DNA of 62,356 bases, counting the filler, from Dehalococcoidia bacterium (GTDB lineage Bacteria > Chloroflexota > Dehalococcoidia > DSTF01 > JACRBR01), in the NCBI GenBank assembly GCA_041494685.1. It is 2 parts of 2 records of this genome, joined end to end, with 100 filler letters (N's around TTAATTAATTAA, not from the genome) between each part and the next. Parts side by side here need not be neighbours in the genome. Positions count along the whole stretch, not along the records: positions 1 to 31,183 come from JBGQBE010000040.1; positions 31,284 to 62,356 come from JBGQBE010000041.1. One strand, 5' to 3'. Positions within the stretch are counted from its first letter, which is position 1; each line of letters begins with the position of its first letter. This document shows, piece by piece, positions 29,231 to 39,914 of the stretch. The notes below the pieces were generated by a model, which saw nothing but the letters and a program-made list of their open reading frames with translations, was not told where the DNA came from and searched no databases. The position numbers were made by a program, and so were the translations under genes.

Positions 29231-29524
29231 CCCCTAGATCGTCTCACTACAAATTGTTCCTTGCCTGTCCGCGCCCAAGACTCTGGTTCGCGGTCACTCA
29301 CTCACGGATAATTCTATGCGCTGCGCGACCGGCGACGGATCACGATTCGGGTGGTCACTGGCTGGCGCAGTCCTGGGAGCGTCGCCTATCGGCTATCGGT
29401 CTGCCCTCGGCATCAAGCCCGGGGGCGCCATCATGATATGACTGAACTGCCCGCAACCTTGTTCGAGACCAACGCGAGCGGAGGCGACCTTCGCCACGGA
29501 TCGCGTCGGGTGCGATAATCGGGC

Positions 29525-30217
29525 ATGTACTTCATTGTTGTCGGCGGCGGGACCGTGGGCCTCCATCTGGCCAAGGAGTTGGTCGGGGATGGCCACGAGG
29601 TCGTGGTGATCGAGCATGACACGGAGAGGGCTCAGCAGATTGCCGACGACCTGGAGGACGATGTCGTCATGGAAGGCGATGGTTGCGAGGCGACTGTACT
29701 TAAGAAGGCGGGCGCTACGCGCGCCAACATGCTGCTCGCCGTCACCGGGGACGACCCCACGAACCTCGCCGCCTGCCAGGTTGCAAAGCAGCTCTTCGGC
29801 GTCGGCCGAACGCTAGCACGGATCAACGAGCCAAAGCTCGAAGAGATCTTTCAAAAGCTCCACGTCGACGCCACCGTCAGCGCAACGTCTGCCATCATGG
29901 CGCAGATCGAGCAGGACTTGCCCATGCATCCGCTGCTTCTGCTCCTTAAACTGAAGGCTACCGGGCTGGAGATCGTCGAGGTGCAGATACCGGAGGACTC
30001 GCGCATCGTTGGAGAGCCACTGAATCGCATCTCCCTGCCGTACCAGTCCATGATCGCGCTCATCGTCGGCGAACACGGCGCGGCGCGCGTGCCGTCCGCT
30101 GAAACGATCCTGCACGCCGGAGACGAAGTGGTTGCCCTCACCCTACACGAGAATGAGGAGTTGCTGCGCGAAGCGCTGACGGCGCCGCCGACTTCGTCTA
30201 GCGAACCATCACGATGA
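29525..30217 (+). CDS. trkA: TrkA-family K+ uptake NAD-binding subunit
   Basis: IVVGGGTVG, GDG, AVTGDD..NL..C, C-terminal RCK_C domain. Confidence 0.9.
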   Translation: MYFIVVGGGTVGLHLAKELVGDGHEVVVIEHDTERAQQIADDLEDDVVMEGDGCEATVLKKAGATRANMLLAVTGDDPTNLAACQVAKQLFGVGRTLARINEPKLEEIFQKLHVDATVSATSAIMAQIEQDLPMHPLLLLLKLKATGLEIVEVQIPEDSRIVGEPLNRISLPYQSMIALIVGEHGAARVPSAETILHAGDEVVALTLHENEELLREALTAPPTSSSEPSR

Positions 30218-30511
30218 CCACATGTTGTGCGCTCGCCGCCGCGCGAAAAGCCCCGGTTGGACTCGAAGTCAAGCCTGATCCAAGAGCGTTCTCCGAAGCT
30301 GTTCGATCGGCTGAGCCTTGGCACGACGTGGTCATAGCGATGGGTGATCCCGACGTGGCCTGACACGGGCAGAGCGCAGTGTACCACTATGCCCGCGTGA
30401 TGTCGCTGGCGAGGTTCGATGGCCGGTTCGGCGTCAAGCGGATCGCCAAAGTATGATGAACCCGGCCGCCTAGGCAACCGCGCACCGCAGAGGCACGAGC
30501 TCGGAGGCGAG

Positions 30512-31030
30512 ATGAACATTCAGCAAGCATCCCGTGAAGCGTTGTCATTCTGGCACGGCCTGGTCGACCAGATGCTCTCGGAATGTAGCCCGGAGATCCT
30601 GCACCAGGTGACGCCAGCCTCAACCGTCAATTCGATCGCCGCTACCTACGCCCATATGCTCATGACTGAAGACGTGATTGTGCAGGCCAGACTAAGGGGA
30701 GTGTCTGTGCTGTTCCAATCAGGGGCCTGGCAAGAACGCACGGGCATCGCCTTCATCGGTGACCCTCCCATGCAAACGCAGGATTGGGCAAGCGGCTTGC
30801 GTATGGACATCGACACGTTCCGCGATTACGCCGCCGCGGTGCATGGGGCCACCGATACCTACTTGGCTGACTTGGCGGACGCCGAACTGGATCGAACGAC
30901 GCAGGGCCTCATTCGCGAGACCACTGTCGGACGCATCATCGTCCTCGGCGTCTGTACCCACTTCCTGACCCATGCCGGTGAAATCTCCGCGTTGAAAGGC
31001 ACGTTCGGGCTGAAGGGCCTGCCGTTCTGA
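30512..31030 (+). CDS. DinB/YfiT superfamily protein
   Basis: NSIAATYAH...ED and H...HAGEISALKG. GGAGG SD. Confidence 0.85.
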   Translation: MNIQQASREALSFWHGLVDQMLSECSPEILHQVTPASTVNSIAATYAHMLMTEDVIVQARLRGVSVLFQSGAWQERTGIAFIGDPPMQTQDWASGLRMDIDTFRDYAAAVHGATDTYLADLADAELDRTTQGLIRETTVGRIIVLGVCTHFLTHAGEISALKGTFGLKGLPF

Positions 31031-31183
31031 GGACCCGCGGGACTAGCTGTAGTTCCCACGGACGTTATTGACAGATCCGCGAGAGCGGCGGGAGACCGCC
31101 GAGTGCGGTGTGTGGGCGATCGCCATTGTACGCCTGGAGGAAGCCGGGCAGGGCTGCGAGGCGTTCTGCGTTGCTCTGATAGA

Positions 31184-31283
31184 NNNNNNNNNNNNNNNNN
31201 NNNNNNNNNNNNNNNNNNNNNNNNNNNTTAATTAATTAANNNNNNNNNNNNNNNNNNNNNNNNNNNNNNNNNNNNNNNNNNNN
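31184..31283. other. Artificial contig linker
   Basis: 44 N + TTAATTAATTAA (stops in all frames) + 44 N. Confidence 0.99.
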
Positions 31284-31510
31284 AGGTCGCCGGTCACCAG
31301 GCCGCGCAGGTAATAGCCATACTGGACGTACGCAGGCTCGTCCAGGTGGTACTTGGCCTTGAGCGCGTCGCGCGCCGCGGAGGATCCCTTCGTCTCTCCG
31401 GCTTCGAACGGACCGCCCTTCACCGCGTGCATGAGTGAGAAGGTGATGATCGTCACCACCCAGAGCACGGGGAGCATCCAGAGCAGGCGGCGAAGGACGT
31501 AGCCGGTCAT
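31284..31510 (-). CDS. oppB: Oligopeptide ABC permease, N-terminal part (cut by contig end)
   Basis: YVLRRLLWMLPVLWVV..ITFSLMH..GGPF...KYHLD.P..QY. Confidence 0.88.
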
Positions 31511-31521
31511 GAACGAGCCTC

Positions 31522-31547
31522 GGAGGGGAGGCCGCGGCCTCCCCTCC
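31522..31547. other. Intercistronic hairpin between oppA and oppB
   Basis: GGAGGGGAGGCCG/CGGCCTCCCCTCC perfect palindrome. Confidence 0.7.
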
Positions 31548-31560
31548 TTATCAGACGTGC

Positions 31561-33327
31561 TTAGTGCTTCGCGATGTAGACGTCGGACAGGAACTGGTCG
31601 CCGTAGATGATGTAGTCAAACGGGCTGCTGACCAACCCCTTCACGTACGGCTTGAACATGCTGACCCGGATCTGAATCGCGAACTGGATCACCGGCGGAT
31701 CCGCCGCCAGGAACTGCTGCAACTGGACCAGCAGCGGCTTGCGGACGGCCGGGTCGAGCGCGGCGTCTTGCTGCGCGAAGAGCTTGTCGAACGCGTCGCG
31801 CGAGTAGAACCCGAGATTGTTGCCGCCGACGGACGCCGTGGTGAAAATACCCCAGAGGTCGCTGGCGTCGGCGTAGTCCATGCCCCAACCGGTGATCTGC
31901 GTACCGGCCTTGTGGCTCTTCATGTCGGCGCGTAGCGTCTTCTGGTCTGTCGTGATGATGTTCGTCTTCACACCGACCTTTTGCCACTGCGACTGAAGCG
32001 TCGTGGCAAGCGCCTTCGTCGTCGGGTCGTCGACCGTTTCGAGCGTCACGTCCGGGATCTTCCCGTCCGGGAAGGCCTTAGCCATCGACGCCTTCGCGGC
32101 GTCGAGGTTGAACTCGAGGTTCTTGAAGATCGTCGGGTCGCAACCCAGAACGGCCGCCGGACATGGCGGCGCCCAAGCCTTGCGGAGGCCGAAGTAGACG
32201 TCCTTGCCGATCGTCTCACGATCGGTGGCCTGGTTCATGGCGATGACGAAGTCCTTGTTGTTCCACGGCGGGATCGTGACGTCCACTGTGATCCAGCGCG
32301 TGCCGAACTCCTCTTCCTGCTTCGCCTGTTGGCTCAGCGTGGAGTCCTTCTGGATGACCGGCCAGGAGGACGCGGGGATGTTCGACTCATCGAGCTGATC
32401 CGAGCCGTACGAGGTGTACGCCTGGTTCGCATCGTCGATGAACTTGAACGTGATTTCGCTGAGGTAGGCCTTGTGGCCGGCGGTGTAGTTGTCGTTACGC
32501 ACAATGGTGATGTGGTCCTTCGGAGTCCACTCCTTCACCTTGAACGCACCGCTCGTCACCATCTTGTCGGCGCTGGCAGCTGTGCCATACGCGTCGGCGA
32601 GCGCTTCGACGTTCGCCTTCGGAACGGCCGCCGTGATTGGCAAGGCGAAGTTCGACAGGAACGACGCTGACGCCGAGCTCGCGACGAGCTTGAGCGTGTG
32701 CGCATCCACGGCGACGACGCTGTCCTTCAAGTCGGCCGCCACGTCGGCCGCATAGGTTGCGGACTTCGGGTCGCGCTTCAGTGCGGCGGCGGCGCCCTTG
32801 ATCGACGTGATGAATCCGCCGTATCCCGAACCGCTGACGTTCAGGTTGTAACCGCGGATGATGCCGTAGGCGAAGTCCTCCGCGGTGATCGGCGTGCCGT
32901 CCGACCACTTGAGATCAGGCTTGAGCTTGACGGTGTACGTCACACCGTCAGCGGCGATGCCGCCGTTCGCCGTCGTCGGCACTTCCGAGGCAGCCCACGG
33001 CGTCAGCGCGCTAGTCTTGGGGTCCTGGTCGAAGAGCTCGATGAAGAGCTGGTGGTTGACCGTGATCTCGTAAGTGTACGACTCGGCCTGCGGATCCTCC
33101 GTGTTTGGCTCCGACTGGGCGTTGAGCCTCAACACTTGCTGCGCGTCGGGCGCCGCGTCGGCCGGAAGGCCGCCGGCGGTTGTGGCAACCACGGTCTTGC
33201 CGCCGCCGGCGCTGGCCGTCGCTGTCTTGTCGCCGCTGCTTGTACCGCCGCCGCACGCCGCGGCCACGACGAGCGCTGCGCTCATCAGTGCGGTGAACAG
33301 CAGAAACCCTCGGTTTCGTATGCTCAT
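31561..33327 (-). CDS. oppA: Peptide ABC transporter substrate-binding lipoprotein
   Basis: Lipobox AAAC, KWSDGTPITAEDF, SGAFKVKEW, GWGMDY. Confidence 0.92.
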   Translation of the reverse strand: MSIRNRGFLLFTALMSAALVVAAACGGGTSSGDKTATASAGGGKTVVATTAGGLPADAAPDAQQVLRLNAQSEPNTEDPQAESYTYEITVNHQLFIELFDQDPKTSALTPWAASEVPTTANGGIAADGVTYTVKLKPDLKWSDGTPITAEDFAYGIIRGYNLNVSGSGYGGFITSIKGAAAALKRDPKSATYAADVAADLKDSVVAVDAHTLKLVASSASASFLSNFALPITAAVPKANVEALADAYGTAASADKMVTSGAFKVKEWTPKDHITIVRNDNYTAGHKAYLSEITFKFIDDANQAYTSYGSDQLDESNIPASSWPVIQKDSTLSQQAKQEEEFGTRWITVDVTIPPWNNKDFVIAMNQATDRETIGKDVYFGLRKAWAPPCPAAVLGCDPTIFKNLEFNLDAAKASMAKAFPDGKIPDVTLETVDDPTTKALATTLQSQWQKVGVKTNIITTDQKTLRADMKSHKAGTQITGWGMDYADASDLWGIFTTASVGGNNLGFYSRDAFDKLFAQQDAALDPAVRKPLLVQLQQFLAADPPVIQFAIQIRVSMFKPYVKGLVSSPFDYIIYGDQFLSDVYIAKH

Positions 33328-33462
33328 TCTGCCTCCCTATTGACGGGGACCCGGCCCCGTCCTACTCCAACGTCGGAAGAGCTGTCTCAGCCCAGCGGGG
33401 GTTAGGTCCTCAGCACACCTCCTTGTGTACAGTCGGCCTGCATAGCTGCCTCAACACGCGAG

Positions 33463-33491
33463 ATCGTATCAGCGCTGTCAATATCCGGCAA
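33463..33491 (-). promoter_or_regulatory. Putative sigma70 promoter of oppA
   Basis: TTGCCG-17nt-TACGAT with an extended -10 TG. Confidence 0.5.
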
Positions 33492-33752
33492 TCGAGCGGC
33501 GCATGCCATCTGCGGATCTCGCACCGAATATCGTGCTGAATCCGGTTCACCGCGGGCAGAAGCTACGATTTCGCGAGAATGTCACGACCTCGGCGCGCCG
33601 GGCGGCCTGCCGCCGGGCGGGACGATCGGGCTCGATGCGGATGGGGCAGAGGCGCGCTATGCTGTCGCTCGCGGCGGCGGACGCAAGCTTCGCCGCACCC
33701 GGCATCGCAACATTGTGTGGCGGCGCGGCGCGCCGCCAGGCGGAGGTACGGC

Positions 33753-34988
33753 ATGACGGCGGAGACACGCAAGGATCTGTACGACATCGGCGAGGCGCCG
33801 CCCGTGGGCTACGTGCCGCCGAAGATGCACGCGATGACGATCCGCCAGGACCGCTTCGGCGCCCCGAAGGACGCGTTCCAGCCGGAGGTCGTGGACGTGC
33901 CGGCGATCGGCCCGCGCGAGGTACTGGTGTACGTGATGGCGGCCGGCATCAACTACAACAACGTGTGGGCGGCGCTGGGCACTCCGGTGGACGTGATCAA
34001 GGTGCACAACGACGGCACGGGCTTTCACATCGGCGGCAGCGACGGCTCGGGCATCGTCTACAAGGTGGGGGCCGAAGTGACAAACGTGAAGGTGGGCGAC
34101 GAAGTCGTCATCCACTGCGGCTCGTGGGACCCGGAGGCGGCGGACGTGAAGGCCGCGGACGACCCGATGTTCGCCCAGTCGTTCCAGATCTGGGGGTACG
34201 AGACGAACTGGGGGAGCTTCGCGCAGTTCACGAAGGTGTGGGCGCACCAGGTGATGCCGAAGGCGAAGCACCTGACGTGGGAGGCCGCGGCCGCGCCGAC
34301 GCTGGTGGGCTCAACGGTGTACCGGATGCTGACGAACTGGACGCCGCACAATGTGCGCCCGAACGACGTGGTGCTGGTGTGGGGCACCGGCGGGCTGGGC
34401 TCGATGGCGATCCAGATCACGCGCGCCCTCGGCGGCATCCCGATCGCGGTGGTGTCGTCGGAGCAGAAGGGCGCCTACGCGAAGCAGCTGGGCGCGCAGG
34501 GATGGGTGAACCGCAAAGAGTTCACCCACTGGGGCATGATGCCGCACTGGACGGACGACGCGAAGTACGGCGAGTGGTCAAAGGGCGCGCGGGCGTTCGG
34601 CAAGGCGGTGTGGGATGCGCTGGGCGAGCGGCGCAACCCGCGGATCGTCTTCGAGCACCCGGGTGAGGACACGATCCCGACGTCGATCTTCGTGTGCGAC
34701 ACGGGCGGCATGGTGGTGATCTGCGCGGGCACGACGGGCTACAACGCGGTGGTGGACCTGCGGTACCTGTGGATGCGCCAGAAGCGGCTGCAGGGCTCGC
34801 ACTTCGCGAACGACCAGCAGGCGTACGGCTTCAACGACCTCGTGCTGCAGAAGAAGATCGATCCGTGCCTCGCGCGCACGTTCGCGTTCCCGGAGACCGG
34901 CACGGCGCACCAGCTGATGCACGAAGGGAAGAACCCCGAGGGCAACATGGCGATCCTGGTCGGCGCTCCGCGCGAAGGATTGTCGTAG
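33753..34988 (+). CDS. ccr: Crotonyl-CoA carboxylase/reductase
   Basis: [57 protein letters not shown]. Confidence 0.94.
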   Translation: MTAETRKDLYDIGEAPPVGYVPPKMHAMTIRQDRFGAPKDAFQPEVVDVPAIGPREVLVYVMAAGINYNNVWAALGTPVDVIKVHNDGTGFHIGGSDGSGIVYKVGAEVTNVKVGDEVVIHCGSWDPEAADVKAADDPMFAQSFQIWGYETNWGSFAQFTKVWAHQVMPKAKHLTWEAAAAPTLVGSTVYRMLTNWTPHNVRPNDVVLVWGTGGLGSMAIQITRALGGIPIAVVSSEQKGAYAKQLGAQGWVNRKEFTHWGMMPHWTDDAKYGEWSKGARAFGKAVWDALGERRNPRIVFEHPGEDTIPTSIFVCDTGGMVVICAGTTGYNAVVDLRYLWMRQKRLQGSHFANDQQAYGFNDLVLQKKIDPCLARTFAFPETGTAHQLMHEGKNPEGNMAILVGAPREGLS

Positions 34989-35052
34989 GGACTGGTCACC
35001 GCCTCACGGCTGCCCCTGTCCTCTTCCCGCCGTCCGCACTACCCTACCCCCC

Positions 35053-35964
35053 ATGACCACGTGTCTCGTGATCCGTAATCCGGCGTCCCGGAACGTCGCC
35101 ACGCCCGAGCGCCTCGGCGCTGCGCTGCAGGTCGCACGTGACGCGGGCTGGGCGGTGGAGTTGGCCGCGACCGAGCACGGCGGGCACGCGACGGAGATCG
35201 CGCGCGATGCCGCCGCGCGCGGCGTGGACGTAGTGGTGGTGCACGGCGGCGACGGCACGATCAACGAAGTCGTCAACGGCATCGCGGGACGGCGGACGGC
35301 GCTCGGCGTGCTGCCGGCCGGCACCGCGAATGTCTGGGCGAAGGAGATCGGCGTCGCGAAGGACCCGGTGCGCGCGATGCGGCAGATGGTGGAGGGTCGG
35401 CGGGAGCGCGTGGATCTGGGCATCGCGAACGGCCGCTACTTCCTGCTGATGGCGGGCCTGGGGCTGGATGCGCGCATCGTCGCGCGGACGGGCCCGACGC
35501 TGAAACGATACACCGGCGCCGCCGCATACCTGCTCTCCGGCGTCGGCACGGCGCTGCGCACGCGGCCGTGGACGGCGGACCTGCGGATCGACGGAGCGGA
35601 ATCGCGCGGGGTGCCGCTGTACTGGATGCTCGTGAGCAACACGCGCTCGTACGGCGGCCTGGCGGACATCATGTACCGGGCGCACGCGAACGACGGGCTA
35701 CTGGACGTGGCAGTGATGCATCACGGCGGTCCGCTGCGGCTGCTGGACGCGATGACGCGGCTGCTGTTCAAGCGGCACGACCGCACGTCCAACATCGACT
35801 ACGTGGCAGCGCGCCTCGTCGAGGTGCCGACGCCGGGCATTCCGGTGCAGATCGACGGCGAAGTAGCGGGCGAGACGCCGATCCGCTTCGAGGTGGCGCC
35901 GCTGGCGCTCGTGGTGATCGTGCCGCGCGACCTGGAGACCCCGCTGCTCGGCGGGGCGCCGTAG
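35053..35964 (+). CDS. Diacylglycerol kinase family lipid kinase (YegS/BmrU-like)
   Basis: NPAS, GGDGTINEV, LPAGTAN, QIDGE. Confidence 0.92.
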   Translation: MTTCLVIRNPASRNVATPERLGAALQVARDAGWAVELAATEHGGHATEIARDAAARGVDVVVVHGGDGTINEVVNGIAGRRTALGVLPAGTANVWAKEIGVAKDPVRAMRQMVEGRRERVDLGIANGRYFLLMAGLGLDARIVARTGPTLKRYTGAAAYLLSGVGTALRTRPWTADLRIDGAESRGVPLYWMLVSNTRSYGGLADIMYRAHANDGLLDVAVMHHGGPLRLLDAMTRLLFKRHDRTSNIDYVAARLVEVPTPGIPVQIDGEVAGETPIRFEVAPLALVVIVPRDLETPLLGGAP

Positions 35965-35991
35965 GGGCGCCGGCCGGGTGGGACGTGCGAA

Positions 35992-36017
35992 AGAGCCCCG
36001 CTTCCGTGCGGGGCTCT
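35992..36017. terminator. Hairpin between convergent genes
   Basis: AGAGCCCCGC-TTCCGT-GCGGGGCTCT. Confidence 0.65.
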
Positions 36018-36066
36018 CCGTCTGTCCTGTGATATCTCGTTGTCTGGTGTCCTGAGACGCGACGGG

Positions 36067-36162
36067 TTAGGCCGCGCTGTGCTGGTCGTCGTTGCCGCCG
36101 AGCAGCTTCTTGGCGCCGATGGCGACGGCGATGACGCTCAACAGCACTACGATCTTCTTCAC
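36067..36162 (-). CDS. Small membrane peptide (31 aa), not in the ORF track
   Basis: AAGGAGGTG SD, GTG start, MKKIVVLLSVIAVAIGAKKLLGGNDDQHSAA, host-like codons. Confidence 0.7.
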   Translation of the reverse strand: MKKIVVLLSVIAVAIGAKKLLGGNDDQHSAA

Positions 36163-36375
36163 GAGCACCTCCTTCGGCCGATTTCGGCTGTCTGCTTCCT
36201 CAGACACTCAATGTACGCCGAGTCGGACAGGCCGCTGCAGGGGCGATCCCCTCCTGCGGGCCGCGGAGAACCCTGACGTTTAGAGGTTGGAGGTAGGAGA
36301 CCTCGCCCCTCGTCGTTCGCTTCCCGGGTCCCGCCTCCGCTTCCAGCGTCGGCCTGCCACCTGTAACCTGCACGC

Positions 36376-37644
36376 ATGGCCGACTACATCACCCTCCCGG
36401 AGCAGCGCGTGCCGGTCGTCGCGGAGTGCGACGTGCTGGTGGTCGGCGGTGGCGCGGCCGGCATGTCAGCGGCGATCGCGGCGGCGCGGCAGGGTGCGGA
36501 CGTCGTGCTGGTCGAGCGGTACGGCTACCTGGGCGGGCTCGCTTCCGGCGGGCTGATCGTGCTGCTGCTCACGCTGGACGACGGCGACGGGCGCCAGGTC
36601 ATCGCCGGGCAGTGCCAGGAGCTGGTGGAGCGGCTGGAGGCGCGCGGCGCGTGCTTCTATCCACCGCGCGACGAGTGGGGCGCGCGCGACGAGGCGCTGG
36701 TCGAGAAGTACCGGCGCTGGGGGCTGGTGTGGGGAAGCGGGCCGCACCGCGTGCGCTACTCGGTGGCGTACGACCCGGAGGAGTTCAAGTACGTCGCGAA
36801 CACCTGGGTCGCGGAGGCGAAGGTGCGGCTGATGTACCACCGCTGGGCGTCGGATGTCGTGCGCGACGGCGACCGCATCACGCACGTGGTCTTCACGTCG
36901 AAGGCGGGGCGGCAGGCGGTGCGCGCCGGACAGGTGGTCGACGCGACAGGCGACGGCGACGTGTTCACGATGGCCGGCGAGGCGGGCGAGAAAGAGCAGA
37001 TTCACCCGTGGCTCTGGTTCCGCATGTCCGGCGTGCGCGACGTGGACGCGGCGCAGTCCTCGCGCGGCGGCTTCTTCCTGCGCACGATTCGGCCGGGGCA
37101 GGTGCTGATGCCGTGGGGCGCGGCCGAACGCATCGGGCGGCGCATCGACGCGACGGACCCGGACGACCTGACGTTCGCGGAGGTCGAGTGCCGCCGCATG
37201 GTGATGGACGAGGTGGACCGTCTGCGCGCGCAAGTGCCGGGCTTCGAAGAGGCGTACCTGACGGACGTGGCGCTGACGCTGGGCGTGACGGAGTCGCGGC
37301 GGCTGACGGGCGCGCACACGCTCTCGCGCGACGAGGCCAACACCGTGTTCGCGGACACGATCGCGACGACGGGGCACTGGACCAAGTACGGAGCGCTGTA
37401 CCACATCCCGTATCGCAGCCTGCTGCCACGCGAGACGGCGAACCTGCTGGTGGCGGGGCGCTGCATCAGCGTGGACCATCGCGTGCACCACGCGACGAAG
37501 GAGATCCCGCCGGCATTCGCGACGGGCGAGGCGGCGGGCATCGCGGCGGCGCAGGCGCTGCGCGGCAGCGGCGACGCGCGAGGCATCGACGTGGCCGCGC
37601 TGCAGCAGGCGCTGCGCGCGGCAGGGGCGTGGCTGCCGGGGTGA
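36376..37644 (+). CDS. FAD-dependent oxidoreductase
   Basis: DVLVVGGGAAG, ERYGYLGG, DATGDGD, ESRR, IPYRSLLP, AGRCIS. Confidence 0.9.
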   Translation: MADYITLPEQRVPVVAECDVLVVGGGAAGMSAAIAAARQGADVVLVERYGYLGGLASGGLIVLLLTLDDGDGRQVIAGQCQELVERLEARGACFYPPRDEWGARDEALVEKYRRWGLVWGSGPHRVRYSVAYDPEEFKYVANTWVAEAKVRLMYHRWASDVVRDGDRITHVVFTSKAGRQAVRAGQVVDATGDGDVFTMAGEAGEKEQIHPWLWFRMSGVRDVDAAQSSRGGFFLRTIRPGQVLMPWGAAERIGRRIDATDPDDLTFAEVECRRMVMDEVDRLRAQVPGFEEAYLTDVALTLGVTESRRLTGAHTLSRDEANTVFADTIATTGHWTKYGALYHIPYRSLLPRETANLLVAGRCISVDHRVHHATKEIPPAFATGEAAGIAAAQALRGSGDARGIDVAALQQALRAAGAWLPG

Positions 37645-37700
37645 CGGCGTAGGAACGGGAGCAGCGGGCCACGGGATCGACGGCGAGGACGGGAGGACGC

Positions 37701-38501
37701 ATGGCAGACGACGGGGGCGCATTTCAGCGCAGCACCTGGGACCGCATGGCCGCGACGTACCACCAGGAGCTTGACCCGCGGTTCGCGCCCGCCATCGACC
37801 ACGTGATCGCGCGCGCGGCGCTGCGCGACGGCGACGAGGTGCTGGACCTGGGCACGGGCACGGGCTCCGTCGCGCTGCAGGCGGCGCGGCTGGTGCGCCC
37901 GCGCGGGCATGTGCTCGGCATCGACCTCAGCCCGGAGATGATCCGGGTCGCCGCGGAGCGGGCGGCCGCGGCCGGCCTGACGAACGCCGCGTTTCGGGAG
38001 GGCAACGCGCAAGCGATCCCGGCACCCGATGGCTCGGCGGACGTGCTGACATCGTCGCTGTGCCTGATGTTCGTGCCGGACCGCGCGGCGGCCGCGCGGG
38101 AGTGCGGGCGCGTACTGCGGCCGGGCGGGCGATTCGTGGCATCGGTTTGGGGCGCGCAGGAGCACGCGGAACTGACCGGGATGCAACGGACCGCGGGCCG
38201 GATCGCGGGACAGAAGCCAGCGCCGGGCGTGGGCCCGGCGGCGCTCGCGGACCCGTCGGAGTTCCTGCGGCAACTCCGCGACGCCGGCATCGAAGCGAGC
38301 GCGGAACACGCGACCGTCGAGTTCCACTACGCCAGCCTGGACGAGGCGTACGTCACCGTGGCGCGCGTGACGATCGACAACGACTCGCCCGGGCTGAAGG
38401 CCCAGATCAAGGCGGCGATCACGGCGGAGATGTGGCCGGAGCCGGCGTCGCCGCGAGTGCTGCGGCAGGACCTCGTGCTGATCAGCGGGCGCCGGGTGTA
38501 G
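37701..38501 (+). CDS. Class I SAM-dependent methyltransferase (UbiE-like)
   Basis: VLDLGTGTG, GIDLSPEM, RVLRPGG. Confidence 0.88.
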   Translation: MADDGGAFQRSTWDRMAATYHQELDPRFAPAIDHVIARAALRDGDEVLDLGTGTGSVALQAARLVRPRGHVLGIDLSPEMIRVAAERAAAAGLTNAAFREGNAQAIPAPDGSADVLTSSLCLMFVPDRAAAARECGRVLRPGGRFVASVWGAQEHAELTGMQRTAGRIAGQKPAPGVGPAALADPSEFLRQLRDAGIEASAEHATVEFHYASLDEAYVTVARVTIDNDSPGLKAQIKAAITAEMWPEPASPRVLRQDLVLISGRRV

Positions 38502-38522
38502 CGCGCCGGCGCGACCCGCCGG

Positions 38523-39644
38523 CTAACGCTGGTCGATCGGCTTGTAGCGGAGGTGGCGGGGGCCGGTGTACTCCAGCAGCGGGCGGATCAGCACGTTGTC
38601 CTCGTACTGCTCTAGCACGTGCGCGACCCAGCCCGGCATGCGCCCTACGGCGAACATCGGAATGAACTGCTCTTCCGGGATGCCGAGCAGCGCGTAGACC
38701 GCGCCGGCATAGAAGTCGACGTTCGGGTAGATGCCCTTGGGCCGATACGGCTCCATCGCCTTCTCGATCTCCTGGAGGATCTGGAACCAGCGGTCGTTGC
38801 CGCGCTTGTGGCCGAGGTCGCGGGCGACGCCGCGCAGTTCGGCGGCGCGCGGATCCTCGGTCTTGTAGACGCGGTGGCCGAAGCCCATCACCTTCTCGCC
38901 GGCGCCGATCTTCTCGTGGATGTACTCGACGGCGCGTTCCGGGTCGCCGATCTCCTCGACGGTCTTCTGTACGGCTTCGGCGGCGCCGCCGTGCAGCGGA
39001 CCCTTGAGCGTCGCGATCGCGGCGACGATCGCGGAGCCGAGGTCGGCGGCGGTGCCGGCGGCGACGCGCGCGGTAAAGGTCGACGCGTTGGAGCTGTGCT
39101 CGGCGTGGAGGACGAGGTCGAGGTCGATGATCTGCGCGTCCTCGACCGTGGGCTCCTGGCCGAACATCATGTAGAGGAAGTTGGCGGCGTGCGAGAGGTC
39201 ATCGCGCGGCGCGACGGGGTCGAGCCCGTTGCGCAGGCGGTGCATGGTGGCGACGATCGTCGCCACCTGCGAGATCAGCCGGATGCCGGCCGGCAGGCCG
39301 ACCTCGACCGTGGCGGTGTGACTGCTCTCGTCGAGCGCGACGGCGGCCGAGACCGCGGTGCGCAGGACGTCCATCGGATGCGCGGCCTTGACCCGGTCGA
39401 TGATCTCGACGACGGGCTGCGGGATGGCGCGCGCGGCCTTGAGCTGGCGGTCGAAGGCGGCGAGTTGCGCGCGGTCCGGCAGGGCGCCGTAAAGGAGGAG
39501 GTAGGAAGCCTCCTCGAAGGTGACGCGCTGCGCGAGGTCGTGGATGTTATAGCCGCGGTAGACGAGCTTCCCCTCATCGCCGTCGATGAGGCAGATGCGG
39601 GTCTCGTCGAGTACGACGCCCTTGAGTCCGGTACCAGTGCTCAT
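38523..39644 (-). CDS. Citrate synthase / 2-methylcitrate synthase family
   Basis: LVYRGY, HAEHSSNAST, GPLHGGA, MGFGHRVYK..DPR, YPNVDFY, LIRP. Confidence 0.95.
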   Translation of the reverse strand: MSTGTGLKGVVLDETRICLIDGDEGKLVYRGYNIHDLAQRVTFEEASYLLLYGALPDRAQLAAFDRQLKAARAIPQPVVEIIDRVKAAHPMDVLRTAVSAAVALDESSHTATVEVGLPAGIRLISQVATIVATMHRLRNGLDPVAPRDDLSHAANFLYMMFGQEPTVEDAQIIDLDLVLHAEHSSNASTFTARVAAGTAADLGSAIVAAIATLKGPLHGGAAEAVQKTVEEIGDPERAVEYIHEKIGAGEKVMGFGHRVYKTEDPRAAELRGVARDLGHKRGNDRWFQILQEIEKAMEPYRPKGIYPNVDFYAGAVYALLGIPEEQFIPMFAVGRMPGWVAHVLEQYEDNVLIRPLLEYTGPRHLRYKPIDQR

Positions 39645-39858
39645 GGCGGGGTGGCTCCTCCAGCGCTGCGGATGACGAGCGGCGCATCGATCGCGGCTGC
39701 CGGTTCTGTTGGTGTATTCACACCGTGAATCGATGCGATAGACCGTCTTTATGGTAGCGTGAAGCTGCCCGCATCTCAATAGAGGTGCGGAGCCGTCGTG
39801 TGAACGTTGTGTTACGTCTAGCGCCCGAAGCTGTGCGACGAAGCAGGCGGCGCGGGGT

Positions 39859-39888
39859 TTGCGAAGCGGCGCGGAAGGCTGTTACTAT
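39859..39888 (+). promoter_or_regulatory. Putative promoter of the speD leader
   Basis: TTGCGA-18nt-TACTAT with an extended -10 TG. Confidence 0.55.
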
Positions 39889-39914
39889 TGCGCCTGCGTG
39901 TCCAGGGGACCGCG

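Noticed and set aside
4541..31183. attR copy of the tRNA-Tyr 3' end
   Set aside because: Not found by eye before the contig break, so no right boundary is claimed.
31184..31283. TTAATTAATTAA palindrome flanked by Ns
   Set aside because: Synthetic contig spacer, not biology. It also invalidates any linkage between the island and oppAB.
33402..33443. 13-codon uORF (MQADCTQGGVLRT) in the oppA leader
   Set aside because: There is no clear SD for its ATG, and the internal AAGGAGGT is too close to the GTG; insufficient support.
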